From: a virus
Strand: one strand, 5' to 3'
Length of the DNA: 64,000 bases
Virus record (IMG/VR): IMGVR_UViG_3300027969_002881
Coordinates: 63,887-127,886 of that record
A model generated the notes under the pieces. The model had not been told where the DNA came from and made no database searches. It worked only from the letters and a program-made list of their open reading frames with translations. Made by a program: the position numbers and the translations under genes. Shown here one piece after another: positions 50,001 through 58,581 of this stretch. Numbering within the stretch: position 1 is the first letter of the stretch; each line of letters starts with the position of its first letter.

Positions 50001-50482
50001 TTCATAACTCTGATAAATCGTTCGTATTCTAGTTCGCTGGGATCACTGCCCCACTGAATAGTTTTATTAGATAAGTTAATACCGGTACTGTCAAGGATTT
50101 GATCACTGCTAACAGCACTTACTACTTTCATGAATCCTTGAGCTGGGCGAACACGCTTGGGTTTATAACTAAGCATACGTGCAATACGCAATACACTTTC
50201 ACGTTTTTCTGCTGTGTCTAAAATATTTTCCCTGGCGTTTAAATCCATACGGAATGCTAAGTTTTGTCCTACGTAGGCCACTAAGTCAAGTAACGCAATG
50301 AATTCACTGTTTTGGATGTAATCATTGTATTCTTCAGGATAGTTAGTTTGCATGTATGTAACCATGCTCTGACGTAACGTGTCAAAATCATAACTAATGA
50401 ATTCAGCATTTTTAAAGCTGGAATAAACTATACTCCAATCTTCTGCCCCATATAAATTTTCTTGTCTAATTGCTTTTGGCAT
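47015..50482 (-). CDS. gp6: Baseplate wedge subunit, T4 gp6-like
   Basis: SYDFDTLR...SEFIALLDLVAY...ENILDTA...SV, FGDG, ESVDEIK.NAP..F..KNRMVTADDY. Confidence 0.88.
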   Translation of the reverse strand: MPKAIRQENLYGAEDWSIVYSSFKNAEFISYDFDTLRQSMVTYMQTNYPEEYNDYIQNSEFIALLDLVAYVGQNLAFRMDLNARENILDTAEKRESVLRIARMLSYKPKRVRPAQGFMKVVSAVSSDQILDSTGINLSNKTIQWGSDPSELEYERFIRVMNAAFGDNNKFGNPVKRTTNSINSTVYEIYNFNNTNSIVNFPIPATVDGFQLNFDLVPVDINTAGIISQVEPDYNTAFSVMYRNDGKGVGSTKTGFFFLAKQGYISNTIEVMTSPVANTVIDIPMTDNVSEEDFYVQTIDDNGSVIKTWSRVSNLDFSNIVVNEYGSANKDLYEVIYSDADITSIKFGDGTFTNVPTGNIRVWYRTAENNFIRVKSGEINNVTFDIMYRNADNQSQMLSLTMELQDNMVTGLPSESVDEIKRNAPEAFYSKNRMVTADDYNGFLPTLNNDVLVLKAENRTFSGHSRYVDLKDPTGKNRPLVEFADDGYLYKEEAVKNTFVADDSTRRTVDLLDEYIESKLSNVGLLNFYYGKLNLTGVTGNDALNYFPTVNIGKTIYYTTLTNEIGVNDILSSLIVNHTNTDDPYDNLDINGGMLMIDNELFTYTGMQNSTKFIGVQRAAQGTVSAKHTAGSKVYKVLDYRWRVAYNDANSSNGYISESNGNEAPVKLGFTTGGELRSLRPGSVLRLQTFEGVNRWANVYDVKGDGLGIEDLDYVYSGLLVNGMGTVEISKSITSMDLIKEILPPFTRVFDDLTRATIIDKLNAKENFALKFDNITPRWTIINNLVDVESTWNRTSNNNEWLIACIRDGAGWKISIRQLEYIFGSDELIRFYNINWSPTFNPSFAPISKDIISLLKLDANNKIQESKSYKISGYYVYDDGYTDNSKVKVTPLDLDNDFLPDDPEHFISVVNDNKLTLIDYNEGDFTYLFPIPGEAVPGAGLPGKVVPGINEMPFKWQHSVDIDQSLDPSLTNIIDAYVLTKSYNDDYNTWKKTGNVTVPAPLPQTTEELRNSFAGLLSYKMMTDEIIFHPVKFKPLFGALASQEFQAQFKVVKNSKSKLTDSEIKSKVIAALDKFFTPGNFNFGEIFYFTELAAYIHTSLSTDLSSVVIVPLSQESKFGTLFQIQPDRNEVVTSVANVNDIIVISEITDSNIRIGR

Positions 50483-50487
50483 TACTC

Positions 50488-50880
50488 TTATCCTTGTAGT
50501 CTGCTTACTGCGGTGTCACGATTAAATGTGGCAATAAGCTCAGTTAATGTTGCTGTAGGAACATAATTTAATATAATTGCTACTGTAATAATTTGTGAAT
50601 CAATGTCTTCTCTGACATCTAATTGTTTTAATTCTAGTCTAGGGTCTTTGGTCAATATTCGTAGCATGTCTTCCTGAATCAACTCAATGATTTGTTCAGA
50701 CATAGGATCAAACAACAAATCCCAGATTATACTACCAAAATCTGGACTCATGATTCTTTCGCCTTTTCGAGTATATAACTCGTTTAAAAGGTCCTGTTTA
50801 GCAAGGTCAATATCATATAATTTGAAGTTGCCCCACTGTTTGTTTACTGTACTAAAGCCTTTAAATTTACGCATACTCAT
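50488..50880 (-). CDS. gp25: Baseplate wedge subunit, T4 gp25-like (start moved from 51066; 50874 also possible)
   Basis: LAKQDLLNELYTRKGERIMSPDFGSIIWDLLFDP...DPRL. Confidence 0.9.
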   Translation of the reverse strand: MSMRKFKGFSTVNKQWGNFKLYDIDLAKQDLLNELYTRKGERIMSPDFGSIIWDLLFDPMSEQIIELIQEDMLRILTKDPRLELKQLDVREDIDSQIITVAIILNYVPTATLTELIATFNRDTAVSRLQG

Positions 50881-50881
50881 A

Positions 50882-50889
50882 TTTATTAT
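50882..50889 (-). promoter_or_regulatory. Late-type promoter variant AATAAATA heading the gp25-gp6 operon
   Basis: TAAATA core immediately upstream of the gp25-like gene. Confidence 0.5.
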
Positions 50890-50923
50890 AAAATAATATA
50901 AGTAGTTAACGATAGGACACACT

Positions 50924-51142
50924 ATGAACAAAAATGATTGGCAAAAAAGAAATATCCCGGATACCGTTGATATCATTTGTGAAAATAATAGGAAAGCAAT
51001 GACTGCCAATGTCATTGATATGAACGATAGGCTGTTAATCGCCGCTATACAAGGCGTTAAGATCACACTAGTCAGTCAGCATGAAAATGGCGTTTATGCT
51101 GGCAAAATGGGCGGCCTGGATTTAATTTACAAGTCAAAATAA
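50924..51142 (+). CDS. Small hypothetical protein
   Basis: 72 aa, AGGA upstream, ends at a terminator. Confidence 0.7.
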   Translation: MNKNDWQKRNIPDTVDIICENNRKAMTANVIDMNDRLLIAAIQGVKITLVSQHENGVYAGKMGGLDLIYKSK

Positions 51143-51162
51143 AAGGGGCCTTGCCCCTTTTT
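51141..51162. terminator. Bidirectional intrinsic terminator
   Basis: AAAAGGGGC-CTT-GCCCCTTTT hairpin between convergent genes, with U-tracts on both strands. Confidence 0.85.
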
Positions 51163-51703
51163 ATCTTGTTGCTTCTTTTGGTACATCGCTGTACCCTAAA
51201 TATTCTCCCCAAGCAGGATCTCTTAACGAGTATGGAATGACCATTTTGGCAGCCCTGACCATTTGCCAATAGTTAGGTTCTTTTGGCACTGTTAATGGTT
51301 CAATTACTTTGGCGCCTTTTAACCAATTACAAGTACCACAGCAAGTAACAAGATTGCTCCACGAACTGCTGCCGCCTTTGCTTTTTGGTTTAACATGGTC
51401 CAGTGTTAAATCTTTGACCTGAAACTGTTCTCCGCAGTATTGGCAAGTATAATTGTCACGGAGATATACCATTCTACGATTAAACAATACTTTTTGGCGT
51501 GGTCGAACATAACGTTTAGTCATAACAACACTGGGGACTTTTAATTCCAAATGCTGGCTATGAACGGTCCAATCATCGTATTCCTTGATTACCATGACCT
51601 TGTTCAAATAAAGTAACTTGACTGCCAATTGCCAATCAATCACACTGGGAGGCAACATGCTCAACGGAGCACCGTCGTGGTTTAAAACTAATGTATCGCT
51701 CAT
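51161..51703 (-). CDS. HNH endonuclease with Zn-binding cysteines (start moved to MSDTLVLN)
   Basis: RDNYTCQYCG, LTLDHVKPKSKGG...NLVTCCGTCNWLKG. Confidence 0.92.
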   Translation of the reverse strand: MSDTLVLNHDGAPLSMLPPSVIDWQLAVKLLYLNKVMVIKEYDDWTVHSQHLELKVPSVVMTKRYVRPRQKVLFNRRMVYLRDNYTCQYCGEQFQVKDLTLDHVKPKSKGGSSSWSNLVTCCGTCNWLKGAKVIEPLTVPKEPNYWQMVRAAKMVIPYSLRDPAWGEYLGYSDVPKEATR

Positions 51704-51756
51704 GCTGTAAAAATATTTATTTTTGGTATCAAATAGCACAGATGCTAATAAAAATA

Positions 51757-51785
51757 ATTATACAACATTAAATACATTGTGTCAA
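51757..51785 (-). promoter_or_regulatory. Perfect sigma70 promoter TTGACA-N17-TATAAT driving the HNH gene
   Basis: Read directly on the minus strand. Confidence 0.85.
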
Positions 51786-51815
51786 CAGACATTCTGTAAA
51801 GAAAGGAGCTGAAAA

Positions 51816-52025
51816 ATGAACATAGATTCTATAGAGCATCACATACGCACGTTGGACAATCAGCACACCGATATTGCTCGCAAATTAGACGCAATACTTT
51901 CCCAAAAAAGTTGGGACGAGTTTGAAGTAGAAGATCTTAAAAAACAAAAGCTTAAATTAAAAGATGAACTATCAATTATGTATCGCAAACGATACGACTT
52001 AATGCATGAACACGATTACGATTAA
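51816..52025 (+). CDS. DUF465/YdcH-like coiled-coil protein
   Basis: LDNQHTDIARKL...LKKQKLKLKDEL; SD AAGGAG. Confidence 0.7.
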   Translation: MNIDSIEHHIRTLDNQHTDIARKLDAILSQKSWDEFEVEDLKKQKLKLKDELSIMYRKRYDLMHEHDYD

Positions 52026-52449
52026 CTTTACTCTATCTAGACTAGATTCTGTTATAGAATCTTTAAAAAAACTATCCACTGATTATCATACTAAATCAGT
52101 GGATAGTTATCCTTATGAAGTTTATAAAGAACATGATGCAAAAAACTTAGCTTGTTTACAAGCTATAAATTATTTGTCCAATATTAAAGAGTTAAAAGAA
52201 ATAGAAATTGGTTATACTGGTCATGACTTAAATGTTGAATACCAAACGCAGAGATACAGCCAATTAGAAAAATTTCATTTTATTAGTAATGATGAAGACC
52301 GTACAGATCTTTATAAAGCCTTATCAAGCTTACAAACCGAACTAATACAAAACAAGTACAGACGAGAAAATAGCAGATTAATCATGTTTGATGTAGATTT
52401 GCCAGAAAATATTGCTAACTTACTTACTACATATGGGTTTATTAAATAG
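52006..52449 (+). CDS. Hypothetical protein
   Basis: 147-aa ORF overlapping the upstream stop. Confidence 0.65.
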   Translation: MNTITINFTLSRLDSVIESLKKLSTDYHTKSVDSYPYEVYKEHDAKNLACLQAINYLSNIKELKEIEIGYTGHDLNVEYQTQRYSQLEKFHFISNDEDRTDLYKALSSLQTELIQNKYRRENSRLIMFDVDLPENIANLLTTYGFIK

Positions 52450-52475
52450 ACACAAATTTAATTATATAGTATAAT
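52447..52475 (+). promoter_or_regulatory. sigma70 promoter TAGACA-N17-TATAAT
   Basis: Near-consensus, upstream of 52507. Confidence 0.75.
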
Positions 52476-52506
52476 ACCTACTTGTCCACAACTTGTAGGT
52501 ATTTTT

Positions 52507-52797
52507 ATGAATGTAGCAAATTATATACGTAAGTATGCAAAAACGGGTTCAGGTAAAATAGTTATTATTAAAAAAGACAATATTAATAGCACACATAAAT
52601 GGGTAGAGTATGCGTTAGATATTGTAGATATGTCTGCATTACTAATGCAAACAAATAATTTAAATGACAAATATGCATTAATGGACGCATTAGATACTGC
52701 CCAACGTAAAAAAGATTGGCATTATCGTCAAAAAAACTTTCGTTTACAAGATGCCATGCGTATTTTTGAGGCCGCAAAATACATTGCCAAAAAGTAA
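52507..52797 (+). CDS. Hypothetical early protein
   Basis: 96-aa ORF downstream of a sigma70 promoter. Confidence 0.7.
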   Translation: MNVANYIRKYAKTGSGKIVIIKKDNINSTHKWVEYALDIVDMSALLMQTNNLNDKYALMDALDTAQRKKDWHYRQKNFRLQDAMRIFEAAKYIAKK

Positions 52798-52826
52798 TTG
52801 GCACAAATTCACTTTTGTGTTATAAT
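52798..52826 (+). promoter_or_regulatory. sigma70 promoter TTGGCA-N17-TATAAT with extended -10 TG
   Basis: Near-consensus, upstream of SD AAGGAG and the ATG at 52854. Confidence 0.75.
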
Positions 52827-52853
52827 ATACACTTGTTCAACAAAGGAGTTACT

Positions 52854-53120
52854 ATGCCTACTTTAACTGCCGCACAAAGCGCACAAATTAATAACACTGA
52901 AGTATACACTTTAGATTATGAGGCAGAAGCACTGCAAAGTTACGAGGACACCGGCGAGGACTTAATGGACGAGCTCGAGGTACGTGCAACAAATATTATT
53001 TTAGAACAAACAAACTGGGACGCCCGAGAAGATTTAGGTGGCATCACCGTTTATTTCAAAGATAACACTTTAGTTGCATTCTACGATTACGAGCAATTTA
53101 AAGGTACCATTTTTAATTGA
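52854..53120 (+). CDS. Acidic hypothetical early protein (start moved to the ATG at 52854)
   Basis: SD AAGGAG before MPTLTAAQ. Confidence 0.75.
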   Translation: MPTLTAAQSAQINNTEVYTLDYEAEALQSYEDTGEDLMDELEVRATNIILEQTNWDAREDLGGITVYFKDNTLVAFYDYEQFKGTIFN

Positions 53121-53145
53121 CACATATTCTCTATGCTGTTATAAT
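53117..53145 (+). promoter_or_regulatory. Perfect sigma70 promoter TTGACA-N17-TATAAT with extended -10 TG
   Basis: Directly upstream of the DNA ligase gene. Confidence 0.85.
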
Positions 53146-53175
53146 GATAGCATAGAGAATTTTTATGGAACCAAT

Positions 53176-54489
53176 ATGGACAAACCTTGGCAAGTTATCA
53201 GCGATTTGGAAATTCATTCCAGTCGCTTAAACAAAGAAGCTATTATTCAAGTTCAAGCAGAAGCAGGCAATAACGAATTTTTCGAAGGCTGTAGGCTAGC
53301 ACTTGATCCCATGATTACATTTGGGCTTAAACAAATACCGGAGAAAACAGATGAAGATGGCGTTGGCATGGATTGGGATAGTTTTAGTCTCATTATCACT
53401 GGCTTTGTTAATCGCAGTCTCACAGGCAACCTTGCACGTGATACCGTTAATAAAATGATGGCCAGTGCCACTAAGGCACAGTGGAATGGTTGGTATCGTC
53501 GTATCCTTATCAAGGACCTACGCTGTGGTACCAGTGAAAAAACAATTAACAAGGTTGTGGAAAAGAAATATGATAGTTATAGCATCCCTATTTTTGGTTG
53601 TCAGCTTGCTCATGATAGTGCTAATCATGAAAGTAAAGTTACTGGCCAGAGACTTATCGAAGTCAAACTTGATGGGGTTCGTATTATTACTATTGTCCAT
53701 CCCGACGGCCGTGTTGATCAATTTAGCCGTAATGGTAAAGAACTGGTAAACTTTCCGCATATTAAAAAACAGTTTGCCAGCATCGCAGATTCGTTGCTTG
53801 AGCCCTGGGTGTTCGACGGCGAAATTATGAGCAGTAGTTTCCAAGACTTAATGAAGCAGGTACATCGTAAAAGTGATGTTGATGCCAATGATGCTGTACT
53901 TCACTTATTTGATTGTATTCCTCTTTGTCATTTCGAACAAGGACAGTGGAATGCTACACAGGAATTCCGTAGCAATCATTTAAAAGAATTTGTAGAACAT
54001 CATCAGGACTCGTTGCCCAATGTAACAATGGTGGGACAAGAATTAGTTGATTTGGATTCCAACGCAGGTCAACAAAAGTATAAAAAGATTAATGCACTGG
54101 CCATCGAAGGCGGCTATGAAGGCATTATGATTAAGGACCCAATGGCTCCTTATGAATGCAAGCGCAGTTATGCTTGGCTAAAACTAAAGCCTTTTATTGA
54201 AGTAAGCTTGGAGGTACAAGGTGTCGAAGAAGGAACAGGACGAAATGAAGGACGATTGGGCGCACTCATCTGCGGTGGAGACGACGGAGGGCGGTATATT
54301 CAAGTCAATTGCGGTAGTGGGTTCACTGATAACGACCGCATTGATTATTGGAATAATCGTAATAACCTTTTTGGAGCAGTGGTTGAGGTAAGAGCAGATG
54401 CTATTACACAGAATCAAGACGGAACGTATAGTTTAAGATTTCCTAGATTTTTACGTTTCCGTGGATTTGAAGCAGGAGAAAAATTATAA
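53176..54489 (+). CDS. ATP-dependent DNA ligase (start moved to MDKPW)
   Basis: EVKLDGVR (KxDG), FDGEI, EGIMIK, WLKLK, SLRFPRF. Confidence 0.95.
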   Translation: MDKPWQVISDLEIHSSRLNKEAIIQVQAEAGNNEFFEGCRLALDPMITFGLKQIPEKTDEDGVGMDWDSFSLIITGFVNRSLTGNLARDTVNKMMASATKAQWNGWYRRILIKDLRCGTSEKTINKVVEKKYDSYSIPIFGCQLAHDSANHESKVTGQRLIEVKLDGVRIITIVHPDGRVDQFSRNGKELVNFPHIKKQFASIADSLLEPWVFDGEIMSSSFQDLMKQVHRKSDVDANDAVLHLFDCIPLCHFEQGQWNATQEFRSNHLKEFVEHHQDSLPNVTMVGQELVDLDSNAGQQKYKKINALAIEGGYEGIMIKDPMAPYECKRSYAWLKLKPFIEVSLEVQGVEEGTGRNEGRLGALICGGDDGGRYIQVNCGSGFTDNDRIDYWNNRNNLFGAVVEVRADAITQNQDGTYSLRFPRFLRFRGFEAGEKL

Positions 54490-54656
54490 TGGATAAGAAT
54501 ACAATAGAGTATCTCCGAGAGATTAATAAACACATGGACTATGTTATCACCGACTTAGGTAACGGGCGAGTTCATATCGTCAGTGAATTCCAAAAATTTG
54601 ATTTTGAATTTGACACTATAAAAGAAGCACTAGCATTCATTACAGATATTAATTAA
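54489..54656 (+). CDS. 55-aa hypothetical protein (not in ORF track)
   Basis: MDKNTIEYLREINKH...ALAFITDIN; TAATG overlap with the ligase stop. Confidence 0.65.
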   Translation: MDKNTIEYLREINKHMDYVITDLGNGRVHIVSEFQKFDFEFDTIKEALAFITDIN

Positions 54657-54671
54657 ACTAGGAGGTCGTCT

Positions 54672-54884
54672 ATGAATGAAAAAATGGAAGATCTACTATA
54701 TAAAGCAGGATTAACTGCCAATGGATGCTGGGATAAAATGGATCATTATGATCAACAAGCCATTGAAAAACTTGCACAATTGATTGTCATTGAATGTGCT
54801 AACATCGTAGAAAATGAGGGTCGTTTTTTAAGATACACTACACTGGCAGACAAAATAAGAAATATATATGGGAAATCAAACTGA
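54672..54884 (+). CDS. Hypothetical protein
   Basis: SD GGAGG; 70 aa. Confidence 0.7.
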   Translation: MNEKMEDLLYKAGLTANGCWDKMDHYDQQAIEKLAQLIVIECANIVENEGRFLRYTTLADKIRNIYGKSN

Positions 54885-55107
54885 TTACTTTGAACGCATT
54901 GGTTATAAACCAACTTGGCACATCGGTGACCGTGTAATTGGCAAGTGGAACAAGATTCCATTTGTTGGTACTGTGGGCAACGATACAAAGATTAATGACA
55001 TAGAAGGTCCTAGAATTAGTGTGCATTTAGATTTGCCAATAAAGTTTGACAAAAAATATTACTATGTTATAATAGTAAAACACAAGGACATCAAGTCCTT
55101 TACATAA
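54868..55107 (+). CDS. Hypothetical SH3/KOW-like beta-barrel protein
   Basis: IGDRVIGKWNKIPFVGTV. Confidence 0.6.
   Translation: MGNQTDYFERIGYKPTWHIGDRVIGKWNKIPFVGTVGNDTKINDIEGPRISVHLDLPIKFDKKYYYVIIVKHKDIKSFT
55046..55073 (+). promoter_or_regulatory. sigma70 promoter TTGACA-N16-TATAAT with extended -10 TG, inside a CDS
   Basis: Both consensus hexamers present; upstream of 55121. Confidence 0.6.
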
Positions 55108-55120
55108 ACTAAGACTGTCT

Positions 55121-55435
55121 ATGAAAAACTGGCTTCGACATAAATTACATAACTTTATTTTTGCGCCTGACGAACAGCCGACCCCGTATGACAATAGAAA
55201 AATGTCTGCTACCTCTCTTGGCAGAGGCAACAATCATATTCATACATTGAGCAATGAAACAGAGCCTTTAAGATTTACAATATACAATGCTTCGGGCGGC
55301 AAAATTGTCGAAATTAATCACTACGATCAAAAAACAGATAGACATCATACGAGCCTACACATTATTACCAGTGACGAAGACTTCGGAGAAGAGCTTGGAA
55401 AGATTGCCTTTGTCGAGCTCCTTAAAAAAGGATGA
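55121..55435 (+). CDS. Hypothetical protein
   Basis: 104-aa ORF. Confidence 0.7.
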   Translation: MKNWLRHKLHNFIFAPDEQPTPYDNRKMSATSLGRGNNHIHTLSNETEPLRFTIYNASGGKIVEINHYDQKTDRHHTSLHIITSDEDFGEELGKIAFVELLKKG

Positions 55436-55436
55436 T

Positions 55437-55685
55437 ATGAAAAATAATATGCTTACTGAAAAAGAAATTGGTTCAATACTTGCCGCACAGTTGATGAGTG
55501 CTGTGAGAAATGATGAGTATGCTTATGTAAGTGAAGTCAGCACACATTACTCCCATTTGAAAGACCCGGGCAAAAAGATCATGGCAGAGCTTGTAGAACT
55601 AATGTTTAGTAAAGCTGTTGAACTCGATAAACAACGCAGACAACAGGACGCTGAACAACTTGTAATGAATAATCTTAAAAAATGA
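55437..55685 (+). CDS. Hypothetical protein (start moved from 55287)
   Basis: The ATG at 55437 follows AAGGA and the upstream stop. Confidence 0.65.
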   Translation: MKNNMLTEKEIGSILAAQLMSAVRNDEYAYVSEVSTHYSHLKDPGKKIMAELVELMFSKAVELDKQRRQQDAEQLVMNNLKK

Positions 55686-55840
55686 AATGCACTACTTGTA
55701 GACAAGAATATTCGATACTCTGTGATTACAATCAAGGCAGGTGTCCGCATCACAGACCTATAATTAACACTCACTCGATGAGATTTTATAACCTTTTTCA
55801 AAGTATTAAAAATGTTTTCAGTCGCAAAAACAAAGATTAA
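55682..55840 (+). CDS. 52-aa Cys/His (Zn-binding-like) microprotein (not in ORF track)
   Basis: MKCTTCRQEYSILCDYNQGRCPHH...; ATGA overlap with the upstream stop. Confidence 0.65.
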   Translation: MKCTTCRQEYSILCDYNQGRCPHHRPIINTHSMRFYNLFQSIKNVFSRKNKD

Positions 55841-56036
55841 AACTATTCGTCCTGGCGATCCTGATTTTACTATCGTCGACGGATTTATGATGGCCGATAG
55901 AGCAGGTTTTGAAATCTCTAACAATATGCCCTACGAATATAAATTGATAATTTATGAATGTCTTAAAAATAAATGGTTAAAGCCTATTGCTCATCAACCG
56001 GTACACGAACACTTTATGGAAGAACTAACAAAATGA
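55812..56036 (+). CDS. Hypothetical protein
   Basis: 74 aa, ATGA-coupled to the MazG-like gene. Confidence 0.65.
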   Translation: MFSVAKTKIKTIRPGDPDFTIVDGFMMADRAGFEISNNMPYEYKLIIYECLKNKWLKPIAHQPVHEHFMEELTK

Positions 56037-56395
56037 CAAATCCCTTTAAGGATCAAGAAACATTTATGACTGCCTGTGATCAACAGGTCAATACACATTC
56101 TGTTTCACAGTATAATATGTATTTGAATCTCATTGACGAAGAACACACCGAACTCAAAGAAGCCATACAAGCAAATGATCAAGTTGAACAACTAGATGCA
56201 CTGATTGATATCTTAGTTGTTACTATTGGTGCAATCCATAGTGCGGGCTTTGATGGCGAAGGTGCTTGGAAAGAAGTTATGCGAACTAACTTTGCTAAAA
56301 TTGATCCTACTACCGGAAAAGTTCGTAAACGTGAAGATGGCAAAGTATTAAAACCACAAGGCTGGACTGCACCTGATCTAAGACCATTTGTTTAA
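56033..56395 (+). CDS. MazG/PRA-PH-like nucleoside-triphosphate pyrophosphohydrolase (start moved to MTNPF)
   Basis: LIDEEHTEL...EQLDALIDILVV...EVMRTNFAK...REDGKVLKP. Confidence 0.85.
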   Translation: MTNPFKDQETFMTACDQQVNTHSVSQYNMYLNLIDEEHTELKEAIQANDQVEQLDALIDILVVTIGAIHSAGFDGEGAWKEVMRTNFAKIDPTTGKVRKREDGKVLKPQGWTAPDLRPFV

Positions 56396-58581
56396 TATGG
56401 CCATGGCGGCTGTTGAATTGCAATAACTTGTGATATGTTGCCAGTAATAACATTAGATTGAATAATAGAATTGGTAGCAAAACTTAAAACAGGTAACGAC
56501 TCTCCGGTTTGCTTGAAGTAACCACTTCCGGCTGCAAGAACTTGCTGTGGAGTCATTGGATTTCCTGTTTGTTTATTTAATTGCCCTTTGGCAATTTGTT
56601 CTTTAATCTGCTTTAATCCGTTTTCCACAACTTGCTCTTCGGTTGCAATTTTTCCATAATCGTTATTAGCCATCATTGCGGCCTCTTGTATTCTTCGTGG
56701 TCTATCTCTTTCGTCGGCTGCAATAAAACTTGCAGCTCTATCCCATTCGCCGTTCTTATACATACTGGTTAAATCAATTTTTTCACCTTTAACATAAGCA
56801 TAACTTGCATCTCCTGTTTGATTTTGAAAACTTATTAAACTATCAAATGCATTTTGTGGAATTGTCGACACTCCTGTTCCTGATAATAATTTTTTAAGAC
56901 TTCTTTCATTCTTTTTCAAATCATTGCCAAATAATTCGTTGGCCCTTGATGCAGTGATTCCGTTTAATAGGATAGGATCTAATTTATTAGCTGCCACTGT
57001 GTCTAATATCTTTGTATTTGATTTTTCTTTTAAACTCTTAGAAAAATCAGCGTCTGTTAATATATTAGATAATTCTTCTCTTTCAGCTTCTGCATTTTGT
57101 CTATTTAATTTAGCAGTTTCTTCATCGGGTTCATCTGGACCAGCGGCAGGCTCGTCTGCAATATTACTAGCAAAGCCGCCGCTTTGTCCTTCACCATCAT
57201 CGTAATTAACAGGAACATATTTGTTATTTTCTTTAATCTTTGCTTGAGCATCTTCACTAGTAACTGCTTCATTTAAAGGAACTTCAGTAGCATCTGCCGG
57301 TCTCTTAGAAATAGGGGCTGCCTCTTCATTTGGCTCTGGCTGCCGAGGAGTTTTTGACGGTGCAGGATCGGCTTGCATTTGTTGATTACCTGGGCCTACT
57401 GGGCTAATCGAACCGCTGTGACCATGCCATGGTTCGTGTTCTGGTACTGTAGTACATACACTCTCTGTAACGCCTTGATTAACAATTAAAGAATTTAATA
57501 CAAACGATTCTGTTATAGCGGCATATGGTCCATTCATATGGATAATTCCTGCAGTTTCATAATGAGCAATATTACTATTAATATTACTAGTAGATATACT
57601 AGTTATTGTAGTATCAACTCCTGCTAAAGTTTTTACATTTGCTCCAGCTTCGACTTGAATATCGTTGGCTGCTTTAATATTAATGTTTGCACCGGATTCT
57701 ATATTAATATCTTTATCTGCATAAAAATTTAAATTTTCTTGTGTTCGTATACTAATATCTTTACTTCCGTAAATATGAATTCTGCCGTCGGCACTTAATT
57801 CTAACCAGCTTTCACCTGCTTTACTAATAATATAAACGTGGCCGCTGGTATCGTCTAAAAGTAATTGTGTTCCGTTGGTAGTACGAAGTCTAATTAATTT
57901 ACTATTACCGTCTTTATCTCCATCATCCATTACAAATTGATGTTGACCCGGTGTTAATAATCCAATTACCTTACTTGGAGTTTCTCTGGTAACACTACTA
58001 GAGGTTGTTCCCCTTATCGGATCATCTGCCAAGCCTTGTTGAGTTAGAGCATCACTCATTGGTTTATGTTCTACATATTTTTCTAAATCGGCGTCGCTAT
58101 CTTTTTTATTTTTTGGTGCCGCTGGTTTATTTTCTCCTGACCAAGTATTTTTAGCAGGTATACCAGGAATACTTACTTGTGTGCCACGTTGGAATAAACA
58201 AGCAAACCAATACCCTTTGTCTAATTTACCTGCGGCAAAACCAATTAACACTCTTGCTTCTAAGTCCGGAGGTACTGCCCAAAAGCCATAACTTTTCATA
58301 GTATCAGAATATTCTTTTACATTAGTACCTTGTTCGTATATACTGGTTGAGCCGCCGAATGGACTAGCATAGCTAACACTAATCCAAGCGGATTCTTCGT
58401 CTGGGTCTCCGCCAAACTCTTCTACCCATACTTGCAATCTGCCCATGTTTTGAGTATCGTCGTTGCGTTTAACTACTCCGACATATATACCAGGACTACT
58501 AGCAATGCCTTTATTGTTAGTATTTCCTGCATAATTTTGTGGGACTTTTTTCTGTCCTAGTGGATTCATTGGACCTACCAT
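56392..58581 (-). CDS. gp5: Baseplate spike/hub protein, T4 gp5-like, with a degenerate GH24 lysozyme-like C-terminal domain
   Basis: OB-fold GIYVGVV...MGRLQVWV, YGFWAVPPD, beta-helix repeats, HEPWHGH, QNAFDSLISF...RRIQEA. Confidence 0.85.
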   Translation of the reverse strand: MVGPMNPLGQKKVPQNYAGNTNNKGIASSPGIYVGVVKRNDDTQNMGRLQVWVEEFGGDPDEESAWISVSYASPFGGSTSIYEQGTNVKEYSDTMKSYGFWAVPPDLEARVLIGFAAGKLDKGYWFACLFQRGTQVSIPGIPAKNTWSGENKPAAPKNKKDSDADLEKYVEHKPMSDALTQQGLADDPIRGTTSSSVTRETPSKVIGLLTPGQHQFVMDDGDKDGNSKLIRLRTTNGTQLLLDDTSGHVYIISKAGESWLELSADGRIHIYGSKDISIRTQENLNFYADKDINIESGANINIKAANDIQVEAGANVKTLAGVDTTITSISTSNINSNIAHYETAGIIHMNGPYAAITESFVLNSLIVNQGVTESVCTTVPEHEPWHGHSGSISPVGPGNQQMQADPAPSKTPRQPEPNEEAAPISKRPADATEVPLNEAVTSEDAQAKIKENNKYVPVNYDDGEGQSGGFASNIADEPAAGPDEPDEETAKLNRQNAEAEREELSNILTDADFSKSLKEKSNTKILDTVAANKLDPILLNGITASRANELFGNDLKKNERSLKKLLSGTGVSTIPQNAFDSLISFQNQTGDASYAYVKGEKIDLTSMYKNGEWDRAASFIAADERDRPRRIQEAAMMANNDYGKIATEEQVVENGLKQIKEQIAKGQLNKQTGNPMTPQQVLAAGSGYFKQTGESLPVLSFATNSIIQSNVITGNISQVIAIQQPPWPY

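Noticed and set aside
50881-51066. N-terminal extension of the gp25-like ORF in the track
   Set aside because: It overlaps a plus-strand gene; a late promoter and the conserved domain point to a start at 50880 or 50874
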